NCBI GenBank assembly: GCA_039680575.1
Contig: JBDKSP010000011.1
Location: forward strand, 1-64,000
Origin: Armatimonadota bacterium
GTDB taxonomy: Bacteria > Armatimonadota > UBA5829 > DTLH01
Direction: 5' to 3'
Length of the DNA: 64,000 bases
Shown here: in pieces, positions 17,605-27,865 of the stretch
Numbering within the stretch: the first letter of the stretch is position 1
How the letters are laid out: every line of letters begins with the position of its first letter
Notes under the pieces: model-generated
Databases searched by the model: none
What the model saw: only the letters and a program-made list of their open reading frames with translations
What the model was told of the DNA's origin: nothing
Position numbers and translations under genes: made by a program

Positions 17605-18780
17605 TCAGAACGAATCTATGAGATAAAATACCGGCGTTCTCTTAGGAAAGACAGCTGCAAGCATCTCCGCGCCGGGCCGCGCTGGGAGAATTTCGGCTGG
17701 ATTTCGATAACCGAAGACAAGATCTAGAAGCTGATATTGGGTAAGCCCGATCTTCAACTCTGATTGATGTTCCGAAACGGCAACATGACCGGGTGAAATG
17801 TCGAGAGTGATGTCACCGATGCCGTCTACCGTGATTGTCAACAGCGCCTCACTTCGTACATTCGCTGCTTGCTTAGAAAGCTCAGGCAGCAGCCGTTCGA
17901 ACATATTACGCAGGTTCAAAACTTTCAACATCATATAACTGCACGTTTTGGGCTTAAGAGGTAAGGCGATTTCTGCAATAGCAGTGTTGATTGTGCTGTA
18001 ATAAGACAGACGGCATATGAGTTCTTCAGCATGCACCTGTGTAGCAAGATCCCACACTTTATGCATAAGTGGCCTGAGCGAAGTCTCATGTGCCTCGCGG
18101 CAGCAAACCTCTGAAATCTGATAAGAGTTTCTGTAAGCATGTCCTGCAACATAACCCACTATCTCATCATCGCACTCAGCTACCCAAATATCGAAGTGTT
18201 CGGCTTCAGGGTTTATCGCAAACCCGCTCCAATAGCCGGGAGTGCGTATTGTGGACAGTGCTATATCGGAATTGAACTCGTTGTAGATAGAAACTACGGC
18301 TTTGGCGTCCTTGTTGTCATATGGCCGCACTGAGTACGGCGTATCGGCTGGCGTCAGGCGGGGCTTTGGGCTTGATGCACCGACAGGAAAGTCGATTGTG
18401 CAGTATCCGAGGCGCTCGTAGTAGGGATTGATGCCTGTGAACAGCATAGAAAAATCCATTCCGGCATCGAACATAACCTCGATGGCATCTCTCATCGTTG
18501 CTGACGAGTATCCCTTTCCCTGAGACCCGGGAAGAGTGCCGACATTACTGATTCCGCCCATAACAAGCGTAGAACTCCCGCACCTGACCTCGCGGCGGAC
18601 AATCTGAACGGCGCTAACGATGCGGCCTTCATCCTCGCAGACGCGAGTGTATTCAGGAGTAAACCAGGGGTCTCCATAGAAGTATCGTTTGAAGTAACTG
18701 CGTGATGTATTTACAAAAGATTTGTCCCATAGATCGAGACATGTGTCGAACTCATCTGGTTTGATGCCTCTGATAATCAT
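17605..18780 (-). CDS. Eis-like tandem GNAT acetyltransferase with SCP2-like C-terminus
   Basis: GGISNVGT.P..QGKGYSS and YERLGY, a second GNAT fold, and a LLDLVFGY C-terminus. Confidence 0.8.
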   Translation of the reverse strand: MIIRGIKPDEFDTCLDLWDKSFVNTSRSYFKRYFYGDPWFTPEYTRVCEDEGRIVSAVQIVRREVRCGSSTLVMGGISNVGTLPGSQGKGYSSATMRDAIEVMFDAGMDFSMLFTGINPYYERLGYCTIDFPVGASSPKPRLTPADTPYSVRPYDNKDAKAVVSIYNEFNSDIALSTIRTPGYWSGFAINPEAEHFDIWVAECDDEIVGYVAGHAYRNSYQISEVCCREAHETSLRPLMHKVWDLATQVHAEELICRLSYYSTINTAIAEIALPLKPKTCSYMMLKVLNLRNMFERLLPELSKQAANVRSEALLTITVDGIGDITLDISPGHVAVSEHQSELKIGLTQYQLLDLVFGYRNPAEILPARPGAEMLAAVFPKRTPVFYLIDSF

Positions 18781-19181
18781 TAAAGATCTCCGTCGGGCTT
18801 GAAGTCCGTAAACCCGTAGGGCATGTAGTCTGAAAGCAACCTTACGATAACAGAGCCGCTAGTATTTGCAGATATGATAGTCAGAGATTTGCCTGAGGCG
18901 AACTCCTGTATTACCTGGAGACATGCGCCGCAGGGGCTAGATGGAGTTCCGTCCGCAACAACTGCTATAGCCTCGATTTCTTGTTCCCCTGCTGCTACAG
19001 CGTTCGCTATTGCGACTCGTTCCGCGCAGATCGTAAGGCCGAAAGAGACATTCTCGATGTTGCAGCCGGTAAAGATGCGGTTGCTGGATGTAAGTACCGC
19101 TGCACCCACCGGGAACTTCGAATAAGGTGCATATGCGTTCTTTCTTGCCTCTGCCGCCGCACGAATCAGTTTATCGTTCAA
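18780..19181 (-). CDS. cdd: Cytidine deaminase
   Basis: AYAPYSKFPVGAA, GCNIEN, CAER, PCGAC. TTG start at 19181. Confidence 0.93.
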   Translation of the reverse strand: MNDKLIRAAAEARKNAYAPYSKFPVGAAVLTSSNRIFTGCNIENVSFGLTICAERVAIANAVAAGEQEIEAIAVVADGTPSSPCGACLQVIQEFASGKSLTIISANTSGSVIVRLLSDYMPYGFTDFKPDGDL

Positions 19182-19200
19182 TCCGCAATCCCCTTCACCC

Positions 19201-21558
19201 TCAGATAAGCGCCACAATGGTAGCGCCTGCGCCGCCTTCTGCCTGTTCTCCGAGTCTGTATGACTCCACCGCCGGATGGCCCTTCAGGAATTGCCAGACA
19301 GCGAGCTTCAGCGCGCCGGTACCCTTGCCGTGGATTATGCGGACCTGGGACAGCCCAGCTCCCTGCGCTTCGTCGAGATACTTTTCGAGCTTATACAGCG
19401 CTTGTTCAGCGCGCTGGCCGATCAGGTTTATCTCACCGGAGATATTTGCGGCCTTGGTGAGCGTTACGCTCATTCCGGTCGGTTCAGGAGCATGCTCTTC
19501 TTTTTTACTGCCCCTGGATGGCCTGAGGGATGCTTCCGGGACGTTTACGCGCATTACGCCGATCATCACGAGCGCTTCGCCGTCTCGGATATCATCCACA
19601 AGCACGCCTTCCTGGTTCAGGTTCGCAATTCGCACATTATCGCCCTTTTTGAAGACCACGCCTTCTACCGGAAGGTCTTCCTCGGGCTCAGGCTGTATGA
19701 TAAGCTCGTCGCGGACCTTTTCGATGGACTCTCTTGCGTCTTTTTTGATCTGCTCTGAACGACTGCCTTCACGGCTGATCTTCGAGAGTTCAGAAAGTGA
19801 TTTTTCCAGCTTTTTGGTGTAGCGTTCTATAACCTGTTTGCCCTGGATACGGACTTCATCCTCTGCTCTGGCTCTCGCTGCCTGGAGCTTTCGGATTTCC
19901 TCTTCGTAACGAAGCCGGAGTGACTCAGCTTCGTTATAAGATTTCTTTGCCTGGTGCCGGTCTTCCATGGCAGCTCGCTGGTTTTCTTCGATACGCCGGA
20001 TAATCTCGTCTGTGCCATTCTCGCGGCCGGAAAGCGCATCTTCAGCTTGCTTTATAATATCATCAGGCATACCAAGCCGGGACGCTATCGCAAATGCGTT
20101 GCTGCTGCCGGGAACACCCATCATAAGCCTGTAAGTCGGACGAAGGGTTTCCGGGTCGAATTCCACGCTGGAGTTTTGAATGCCTTCGCGGGCGAATGCG
20201 AATTCTTTCAACTCACCATAGTGTGTGGTCGCGATCATTCGGGTACCCTTGTCCAGCAGATGCTCAAGAATAGCCTTGGCAAGCGCAGCGCCTTCTGCAG
20301 GGTCCGTACCTGCTCCAAGCTCGTCGAATAGGACGAGAGAGTTAGGCCGGATACCCCTTACGACGTCTACGATATTTCGTACATGCGCCGAAAAAGTGGA
20401 TAGAGACTGCTCTATGCTCTGCTCATCACCGATGTCCGCGAACACTTGGTCGAAGACAGCTGCTTCTGTCCCTACACCGGCGGAAACATGCATCCCGGAC
20501 TGCGCCATCAGCGTAAGGAGCCCGACTGTCTTCAGAGTGACGGTCTTGCCTCCCGTGTTCGGTCCGGTAATTAGGAGCGCCTTGAACCTGCGGCCAAGCT
20601 CGATGTCTATCGGCACTACATCACCATGAAGAAGTGGGTGTCTAGCCTGCACGAGTCTCATCCAGCCGTTTTTGTTCAGAATCGGCTCAGTCGCGTTCAT
20701 TGCAAGTGAAAGCTTTGCTTTCGCCGTAACGAAGTCCAGATGGCCTATGACTTCGAGCGTCGAAAGCGCATTCTGCGCGGAGGCAGCTACTTCACGGCTC
20801 AGTTTTATCAGGACCTTCTCTACTTCCTCATACTCTTTTGAGGCAAGATGCTTCAGGTCGTTTCCAAGCTCGACTATCTGCTCAGGCTCGACAAAGACCG
20901 TTGCTCCTGAAGTGCTTGAGTCGTGAACAATCCCTTTGACTTGCGCGCGATATTCGATCTTCACCGGTACGCAGTAGCGTTCGCTGCGCTGAGTTATGAC
21001 AGGATCCTGGAGAGCCGTTTTATACTGTGCCGATTGGACAATCGAGTTCAGCCGCTCCATAATCTTCGAATGCTTCGACTTGATGTCAGAACGAACACGG
21101 GCGAGAGCGGGGCTGGCTGAGTCGAGTATTTCGCCGCCCTGGTTTATCGACTGGGCGACGTTTCTCTCTATATCGTCGAAGGTAGACATCCTGGAAGCGA
21201 TCTCTCCGAGAAGCGGAAATTCGTCTTTTCTTTTTACAAGGAACCCTCGAAGTCTTCTGCCAGAACCTAAAGTATGAGCCACACTGAGGAGTTCCACCGG
21301 CGTGAGCATCGATCCAAGCTCGGCTTTATAAATAGAAGGCCGGATATCCGTTATCCCGCCGAGTGGGATGCTTCCATTTGAAAGGAGTATTCCGCGAGCT
21401 TCTGAAGTCTCCGACTGCATTCGTTCGATCCAGTCGACATCCGTCTGCGGGACGAGCGCAAGCGCACGCTCCCGGCCGAGCGAACAGGCGGTGTGCTCCG
21501 CAAGCGCGTTCACAACCTTATCATATTCAAGAACCTTAAGTGTATGGCCTTCCATCAT
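19201..21558 (-). CDS. mutS2: Endonuclease MutS2
   Basis: TGPNTGGKT, SLSTFS, DELGAGTDP, TTHY, and a C-terminal Smr domain (IHGKGTG). Confidence 0.95.
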   Translation of the reverse strand: MMEGHTLKVLEYDKVVNALAEHTACSLGRERALALVPQTDVDWIERMQSETSEARGILLSNGSIPLGGITDIRPSIYKAELGSMLTPVELLSVAHTLGSGRRLRGFLVKRKDEFPLLGEIASRMSTFDDIERNVAQSINQGGEILDSASPALARVRSDIKSKHSKIMERLNSIVQSAQYKTALQDPVITQRSERYCVPVKIEYRAQVKGIVHDSSTSGATVFVEPEQIVELGNDLKHLASKEYEEVEKVLIKLSREVAASAQNALSTLEVIGHLDFVTAKAKLSLAMNATEPILNKNGWMRLVQARHPLLHGDVVPIDIELGRRFKALLITGPNTGGKTVTLKTVGLLTLMAQSGMHVSAGVGTEAAVFDQVFADIGDEQSIEQSLSTFSAHVRNIVDVVRGIRPNSLVLFDELGAGTDPAEGAALAKAILEHLLDKGTRMIATTHYGELKEFAFAREGIQNSSVEFDPETLRPTYRLMMGVPGSSNAFAIASRLGMPDDIIKQAEDALSGRENGTDEIIRRIEENQRAAMEDRHQAKKSYNEAESLRLRYEEEIRKLQAARARAEDEVRIQGKQVIERYTKKLEKSLSELSKISREGSRSEQIKKDARESIEKVRDELIIQPEPEEDLPVEGVVFKKGDNVRIANLNQEGVLVDDIRDGEALVMIGVMRVNVPEASLRPSRGSKKEEHAPEPTGMSVTLTKAANISGEINLIGQRAEQALYKLEKYLDEAQGAGLSQVRIIHGKGTGALKLAVWQFLKGHPAVESYRLGEQAEGGAGATIVALI

Positions 21559-21729
21559 TTCCCATGAATTATACCAAAGGGCAGGATAGGCAGCAAGGAA
21601 GCAGGCGAAATTTTGTATAACTATTCAGTATGAACTATAGGAGTTTTCCCTTCACTTCTGGCAGCAACGCAACTTAGCTTCAGTGGAAAGCAGTCTGATA
21701 AATATTTATATTATGTCTATCTGGTACTG

Positions 21730-21763
21730 CTGACACTGTTTGTCAGTTGATATATGCTACAAT
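21730..21763 (+). promoter_or_regulatory. Putative cas operon promoter with palindromic operator
   Basis: CTGACA-N5-TGTCAG (21730-21746) followed by an extended -10 TG-c-TACAAT (21755-21763). Confidence 0.5.
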
Positions 21764-21823
21764 GCCTATCAGATGTGCTTGCAGTCATAAGATATGCGTT
21801 ATGGAAAAGATGAAGGTGAATAT

Positions 21824-24415
21824 ATGGACACAAAGATTACTGATCGCGATATTGTAAGGATACTGTGGGCGAAATCGAACCCGCCTCACCCCCTCTGGTG
21901 TCATCTGCTGGATACCGCTGCTGTGTGCGAGCAGCTTATAAACTGCTTTGGCTGCCCCGAAGATATTCCACCTCTATGGACAATGTATCTGGCGGCGCTC
22001 CACGATATAGGGAAAGCAGATTCGGAGTTTCAGGAACAGCGTGGCGAGGGATTCAGGCATGAATCGATGTCTGGAGACTGGGTATACAGATATTTGACCA
22101 GTGCCGATCTGGACTGGGGCGAATATGCCGCAAAACTCGCAGAAGCGGTGCTTCGAAGCCACCACGGAAACTTTAAGCCGAAGCCTTGCGGTCATCCAGC
22201 CGATTACAACACCTGGGAAGGCATTCGTCTGCAGCTTGCCGAGATAGTCGCGGATGCACTTAATTTGCATAGTGAACCGTTTTCCCCGCCCGCTTTCGGC
22301 AATTCAAGCTCCACCGGAGTCAAACTGATCGGACTGACTGTCCTGTCGGACTGGATCGCATCAAACGAAGAGCTTTTCCGCTATCATCTCATCGACAACA
22401 ACTTGAAACCCCAGGAATACTGGCAGAATGCACAGGTAAATGCAGCCCGCGCTGTCGAGACGCTTCAGTTGGACCAGCCGGTCAGCCCAATCCAAGGGAA
22501 TGAGACCCCTTCTTTTCGTGACATCTGGCCGGATATCCAAGAGCTGAAGCCGTCACAGAGGACTATCGAAGAATCCTGCATAAAAGGTATTCCTCCGGGG
22601 CTTGTTATCATCGAAGCGCCTATGGGAGAAGGCAAAACGGAGTCCGCGATATATATCGCCGAGTGCTGGAGGAGAAAATACGGCACTAAAGGGACCTATA
22701 TCGCGCTTCCAACTATGGCTACAAGCAACCAGATGCACCATAGATATAGCGAATTCCTGTCCAATCGTCGCCCCGCTGTCGGTGCTCCTCGGCTGGTGCA
22801 TGGGATGGCGTGGCTGATCGATAATACCTCGCCTGATAACGGCCCGGATACGTTCGGTGATGACCCGAATGAAGAACAGTTACTCGCGCGTGAGTGGTTC
22901 AGCCCCTCGAAGCGGGCATTGATCGCGCCGGAAGGCGTCGGAACAATCGATCAGGTCCTTATGGCTGCGCTGAACGTAAAGCACGGCTTCCTGCGGCTGC
23001 TTGGAATCTCCTCGAAGACGCTTATTATCGACGAAGTCCACGCATACGATGAGTATATGACGGTTATCCTCGAACGGCTCCTCGAATGGTGCAGGACGCT
23101 CAAAATACCCGTAATTATGCTCTCAGCCACGCTTTCAAAGCCGCAGAAAGAGCGATTGATCGAGGCATATCAGGGAAAACCGGATGATTGTCCCGCGTAC
23201 CCGCTCATTACCATAGTCCCGATGGATGGGAGTGAGACAAAATCCATATCTGTCGAAGGGCAAAAGACTCGAAAAGTGCTGGTGGAGCAGCATCCGGGTA
23301 TGCTGGATGATCCAAAAGCCGCCGCTGATCTGGCAGTTGAGCTGGTAAAGGATGGCGGCTGCGCATGTGTGCTGGTGAACACCGTAAAGCATGCCCAGGC
23401 CGTCTATAAAGAGCTAAAGGAACTGCTTCCCGACGAAAAAGAACGCTATCTATTCCATGCAAGGTTCCCTGCATGGAGAAGAAATGAAATAGAAGAACAA
23501 ATAGGAGGAAGTAAGGACAAGGGAAGAATCGGCTTGTTCGGCAAAAAGGCTGTAGAGAAAGGGACTCGGCCAACGAAAGCAGTGCTTGTCGCCACTCAAG
23601 TCGTCGAGCAGAGCATCGACCTGGACTTCGATGTCATGATCTCACAGCTTGCCCCAATCGACCTATTACTTCAGCGGACAGGCAGGCTTTGGCGGCATAG
23701 AGAAACCGATGCTTTTCGCCCGCCGCATCTGAAAGATACACTTCATATACTTATGCCGGACCGTACGCTGGGGGACTCGAAATATGTTTACGGAGAATCA
23801 GCGCTTCTTCGTACAATGGCGATTCTTGAAAACCGGAATGTGTTCAACCTCCCGGATGATTTCAGGCCGCTGATAGATGATTGCTACGGGGATAGGTGCG
23901 TTATAGGCAGTATGGTTTCGGAGCGGATACAGCGGCTGGCTGACGCTGAGGCTGAGATAAAGAAAGAAATGAGCGCAGGAAAAGCGTCCTTATGCCTCAT
24001 ACCGCTCCCTTCTGATCGAGAGTTCTCTCTTGTAAGGCCAAACGCCGCTATATTAAGGAATGAGTCCGATGGAGATACGGCCAGCTACTTCAACACGAGC
24101 ACGCGGCTGGACAGCAATACCTGCCCGGTTATGCTGCTGGAAGACCCAGTGCTGATTGCAGCGGCGCATAAGAAGAAAACTCCCCCGAAAGATGTGCTTA
24201 AAGAGCTGTTCCTTAACAAAGTGGACATTCCGTCTTCCTGGATCAGAGATGCTCAACCGGCGGACGGATATGGACCTCTGTTTTCAGACGCTAAGTGGCT
24301 TCGCCGGACAACCGTGATCCCGCTCATCGACAGCAAATGGAGGGGGATACGGCAAGGCAAGAATTTCGAGATAACTGTGGATGATATTTTGGGAGTGGAG
24401 GTTGGGTGCCAATGA
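21824..24415 (+). CDS. cas3: CRISPR-associated HD nuclease/helicase Cas3
   Basis: HLLD, HDIGK, HHG, SDWIAS; APMGEGKTE, DEVH, SAT, QRTGRLWRH. Alternative start at 21794. Confidence 0.96.
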   Translation: MDTKITDRDIVRILWAKSNPPHPLWCHLLDTAAVCEQLINCFGCPEDIPPLWTMYLAALHDIGKADSEFQEQRGEGFRHESMSGDWVYRYLTSADLDWGEYAAKLAEAVLRSHHGNFKPKPCGHPADYNTWEGIRLQLAEIVADALNLHSEPFSPPAFGNSSSTGVKLIGLTVLSDWIASNEELFRYHLIDNNLKPQEYWQNAQVNAARAVETLQLDQPVSPIQGNETPSFRDIWPDIQELKPSQRTIEESCIKGIPPGLVIIEAPMGEGKTESAIYIAECWRRKYGTKGTYIALPTMATSNQMHHRYSEFLSNRRPAVGAPRLVHGMAWLIDNTSPDNGPDTFGDDPNEEQLLAREWFSPSKRALIAPEGVGTIDQVLMAALNVKHGFLRLLGISSKTLIIDEVHAYDEYMTVILERLLEWCRTLKIPVIMLSATLSKPQKERLIEAYQGKPDDCPAYPLITIVPMDGSETKSISVEGQKTRKVLVEQHPGMLDDPKAAADLAVELVKDGGCACVLVNTVKHAQAVYKELKELLPDEKERYLFHARFPAWRRNEIEEQIGGSKDKGRIGLFGKKAVEKGTRPTKAVLVATQVVEQSIDLDFDVMISQLAPIDLLLQRTGRLWRHRETDAFRPPHLKDTLHILMPDRTLGDSKYVYGESALLRTMAILENRNVFNLPDDFRPLIDDCYGDRCVIGSMVSERIQRLADAEAEIKKEMSAGKASLCLIPLPSDREFSLVRPNAAILRNESDGDTASYFNTSTRLDSNTCPVMLLEDPVLIAAAHKKKTPPKDVLKELFLNKVDIPSSWIRDAQPADGYGPLFSDAKWLRRTTVIPLIDSKWRGIRQGKNFEITVDDILGVEVGCQ

Positions 24416-25980
24416 ATAAGACTTTTAACCTACTAAAAGAACCCTGGATTCATGTAGTCCAGGACAATGAGTTAGTGGAGATGAATCTCCGCGATGTTTT
24501 GTGCTTGGCGGACAAGATATCGGAAATATCCGATCCGCTGCCGATAGTGGAATTCGGCCTTTCCCGACTGCTCGTTGCGCTCGTTATGGATGTTTTTCAC
24601 CTCTATGACAGCCGCGACAGTTTCGGCCTGAGGGACCTGCTGAATACCGGTCATTTCGACCCCGCGCAGATAGATGAATATTTCGAAGTAAACGGTCCCT
24701 ACTTCGATCTGTTCGACGCCAAAAGGCCATTCCTGCAGATGGCTGATGTCGACAGCCCGGTAAAGCCACTTTCCGGGCTTCTATCATGCGTCCCATCAGG
24801 GACGGCAGCAACTCACTTTCACCACTACGGTGAAATGGAGTTCAGCGTATCCCCAGCCGCGGCGGCCAGGCTTCTTACTACGATTGCGCCGTTTATGACC
24901 GCAGGCGGCGCGGGACTGGCTCCGTCCATCAACGGCGCTCCACCCTGGTATGTGCTTGTCAGGGGAGAGAACCTGTTCGAGACCATCTGCCTGAACTGCT
25001 TTGTCGGGAATACCGGGTTATCAGGCGATGCTCCGCCTGCATGGAGGAACCCGCTGCCGCCAAAGACCGACGGCCGGTGCGCGGGTGCAAGCCTGCCGGA
25101 AGCATTGACCTGGCGGCCAAGGCTGATACAGCTCATTCCTGGTAACTCTGGAGTCTGTTCCATGTCAGGCGAGGAGTGCGATGTTCTCGTCCAGACGATG
25201 AGATTCAAGGCAGGAGCATCCTGCAACTTCGCATGGACCGACCCCAATGTGCCGTATAAGTACTCAGAAAAAGGGGCGCTGGTGATGAGACCGCAGGACG
25301 GCAGGGAGATCTGGCGCGACACCGGGCCGCTCGCGCTCTTGAACGATAACGCATATAAATCTTCGGATGCCAAAGTGAAATTCTCCCGTCCGCTGATTGT
25401 CGACCAGTTCCAGGAGTTATATAGCCACAAGGATAAACCGTTCTCTTTTGCCGTCTATGGTATGCGGACCGATATGAAGATGAAAGTCTTCGAGTGGCAA
25501 AAGGAAGTCCTTTCCGTTCCTGTAGAGTTGGTCATAGGTCAGAACCACGCAATCTTTGCGCAGGACTTTATCGACGAAGCGGACAAGGTAGAATACGCGC
25601 TGAGAAAAGCGATAAAGCATCTCTACCCCAGGGACGGCGCGGGCAACTCGAATGCGTTCGAGTCGGTGATTGCCAACGCCAGGCGGCAATACTGGTCGCA
25701 CCTTCGACCTCACTACAATGACCTGCTAAAGGAGATGGCCAAGCATTCTGAGGATGAATTGGCCGAAGCTAAATATGCGCTTCAGGACGAGTGGCGCACT
25801 CACGAGAAAAAGGCCGCTATGGAAGCATTCCATACCGCATCGGAGGATTTGGACACCTACGCAGAGAATATCCGGCGTCAGGCTGAAGCCGGACGGCAAC
25901 TGCAATCTTCTATAAATGGCGTGTTTTTGAGCCCGGAAGAGAAAGCGGCGAGAAAGAAGTCCAAAACAAGGAGGAAATGA
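24412..25980 (+). CDS. cas8e: Type I-E Cascade large subunit Cas8e (Cse1/CasA)
   Basis: FNLLKEPWI, FDLFD..RPFLQ, G.NLFET, IWRD; lies after cas3. Confidence 0.93.
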   Translation: MNKTFNLLKEPWIHVVQDNELVEMNLRDVLCLADKISEISDPLPIVEFGLSRLLVALVMDVFHLYDSRDSFGLRDLLNTGHFDPAQIDEYFEVNGPYFDLFDAKRPFLQMADVDSPVKPLSGLLSCVPSGTAATHFHHYGEMEFSVSPAAAARLLTTIAPFMTAGGAGLAPSINGAPPWYVLVRGENLFETICLNCFVGNTGLSGDAPPAWRNPLPPKTDGRCAGASLPEALTWRPRLIQLIPGNSGVCSMSGEECDVLVQTMRFKAGASCNFAWTDPNVPYKYSEKGALVMRPQDGREIWRDTGPLALLNDNAYKSSDAKVKFSRPLIVDQFQELYSHKDKPFSFAVYGMRTDMKMKVFEWQKEVLSVPVELVIGQNHAIFAQDFIDEADKVEYALRKAIKHLYPRDGAGNSNAFESVIANARRQYWSHLRPHYNDLLKEMAKHSEDELAEAKYALQDEWRTHEKKAAMEAFHTASEDLDTYAENIRRQAEAGRQLQSSINGVFLSPEEKAARKKSKTRRK

Positions 25981-25983
25981 GCA

Positions 25984-26673
25984 GTGATCGAAACACCGAC
26001 TGATACTCCGGTTGTTCCAGAGGAAACCCAAAATGATTACCTTGCTTACGATCTGAAGTTTATCTGTGATCTGGCGAAGCATCTGAATGGCGACAGAGGC
26101 AAGGCTGCCATGCTTCGCAGAAACGCGGGGAATACAATCGCGGAATCGAGAAACATCGATTGGTTCTTCCACCTGCTTGGCGGACGTCCCATCACACGTC
26201 TGAATGATGGTACGTTCAAAGACGAAGAGGCCTATTTCGTCATTTCGACGCTGTTTGCATCGGACAAAGCCAGTATCGAGTGCTTTGCTGATAAAGAAGC
26301 TGAGACGAAGCCGGCTAACGGCAATTTCGGTTACACGCTGTACCGGCTTAAAAAGAAGATATGCGATGTGGAATCTGCAGAAAAGACATTCGACCGCAGG
26401 TTCGGCATCCTTCTCGATGCCGATTTCGACCCGCAGCTTGGCGGAAGCCTTTCGTTCAGACTCAGGCAGATGACAAAGCGTGTAATCGCTGAGAAAGACC
26501 CTGCATTAAGTATCAACTGGCCGCAGTTGTTGCGCGATATAAAGCGCTGGAACGGCAGTAAAAAGCCCACTCAGAAGAGCTGGGCGCGCAGCTATTATGC
26601 ACCGGTTTTCAAGTCCAGCGACGAGAAACCGGAATCGGACGAAAAACAAGACCACATACAAGGAGATTATTAA
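25984..26673 (+). CDS. cse2: Type I-E Cascade small subunit Cse2/CasB (Cas11)
   Basis: A.LRR, RRF..LL, INWPQLLRDI..W, WARSYY. Confidence 0.9.
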   Translation: MIETPTDTPVVPEETQNDYLAYDLKFICDLAKHLNGDRGKAAMLRRNAGNTIAESRNIDWFFHLLGGRPITRLNDGTFKDEEAYFVISTLFASDKASIECFADKEAETKPANGNFGYTLYRLKKKICDVESAEKTFDRRFGILLDADFDPQLGGSLSFRLRQMTKRVIAEKDPALSINWPQLLRDIKRWNGSKKPTQKSWARSYYAPVFKSSDEKPESDEKQDHIQGDY

Positions 26674-26674
26674 A

Positions 26675-27865
26675 ATGCTTATCGAAATTCATATACTTCA
26701 GAACCATTCACCTTCAAACCTGAACAGGGACGATACCGGAAGCCCTAAGGAGGCTATTTTCGGAGGTTGGAAGCGGGCGCGTATATCCAGCCAGTGTCTG
26801 AAGCGGAGCATCCGCAGGTCCGGCATATTCCAGCAGGAGATGAATGGTCATCTAGCCAATCGTACCCGGCGGCTGCCGGAACTCGTGCGGGAAAGGCTCA
26901 TCGCAGGCGGAGTCCCGGCGGAGTTGGCTGAAATCGCCGCCAGGAAGGCATCCGGCTTCGGCAACAACAAAAATTCGGAGCAGAAAGCGGATAAAGACGG
27001 CAAGTATGCGACGGCTCAGACGATGTTTCTTACTGATAAGGACATCGACGCCGTTACGGAGGTGCTGAAAGAGGCAGCGCTGGCAGCCGGGACGCCCGAA
27101 AAGTTCGAGGCGGACAAGACCAGCTATCAGGAGAAGGCCAGACCGTTAGGTTATCGCCCGGTCAGCGTGGATATAGCGTTATTCGGCAGGATGATTACTT
27201 CAGAGGCCTTCAGAGACTGCGAAGCCTCCGCGCAGGTGGCACACGCCATCTCCACTCATAAAGTCGAGCACGAATATGACTACTTTACAGCCGTGGACGA
27301 CCTGAAAGGGACAAGCGAAATCGAGGAAGATGCCGGAGCCGATATGATAGGCGATGTGGAGTTCAATTCCGCCTGTTATTACAAGTATTTCTCGATAGAT
27401 TTCGAAGGGTTCGTTGCAAATCTCACGGGTGAGTGCGCAGGGAGAAAAGATATTTCCAAAAACGAGAAAGACGATGCCTCCGATCTCGCTGCGCGGGCAG
27501 TTGGCGCACTGCTGAAAAGCGCCGTCTTTACGACTCCATCCGGTAAGCAGAACACTTTCGGCGCAAATCAGCTCCCGGCTGCGGTACTTGTCGAAGTGAG
27601 GCCATACAATACTCCTGTCAATTACGCTAACGCATTTGCAGAGCCCGCGAGATACGCCGCTGACGGAGGACTCGTAAAAGATTCCATAAACAAACTCACA
27701 AAGCACATTTCGGCCTTGACAAAAGGTTTCAACCTGGAATCGAAAGCTCGTTTCCTGCTTGCGCCGGAATACCCGGAATGCACCATCGAAGGCGTGGGTG
27801 TCACCAAAGTCTCTGACATGAATGCCTTGTGTGAGCAGGTGAAGGGTGTGATCCTAAATGGGTAG
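26675..27865 (+). CDS. cas7: Type I-E Cas7 (Cse4/CasC)
   Basis: IHILQ, NLNRDDTGSPK, RISSQCLKR, DIALFGRM, DYFTAVDD, PSGKQN. Confidence 0.96.
   Translation: MLIEIHILQNHSPSNLNRDDTGSPKEAIFGGWKRARISSQCLKRSIRRSGIFQQEMNGHLANRTRRLPELVRERLIAGGVPAELAEIAARKASGFGNNKNSEQKADKDGKYATAQTMFLTDKDIDAVTEVLKEAALAAGTPEKFEADKTSYQEKARPLGYRPVSVDIALFGRMITSEAFRDCEASAQVAHAISTHKVEHEYDYFTAVDDLKGTSEIEEDAGADMIGDVEFNSACYYKYFSIDFEGFVANLTGECAGRKDISKNEKDDASDLAARAVGALLKSAVFTTPSGKQNTFGANQLPAAVLVEVRPYNTPVNYANAFAEPARYAADGGLVKDSINKLTKHISALTKGFNLESKARFLLAPEYPECTIEGVGVTKVSDMNALCEQVKGVILNG

Noticed and set aside
21643..21671. Possible degenerate CRISPR repeat upstream of cas3 (CreA/mini-array-like)
   Set aside because: Only about 16 of 29 bases match, the hairpin is not preserved, and there is no second repeat.
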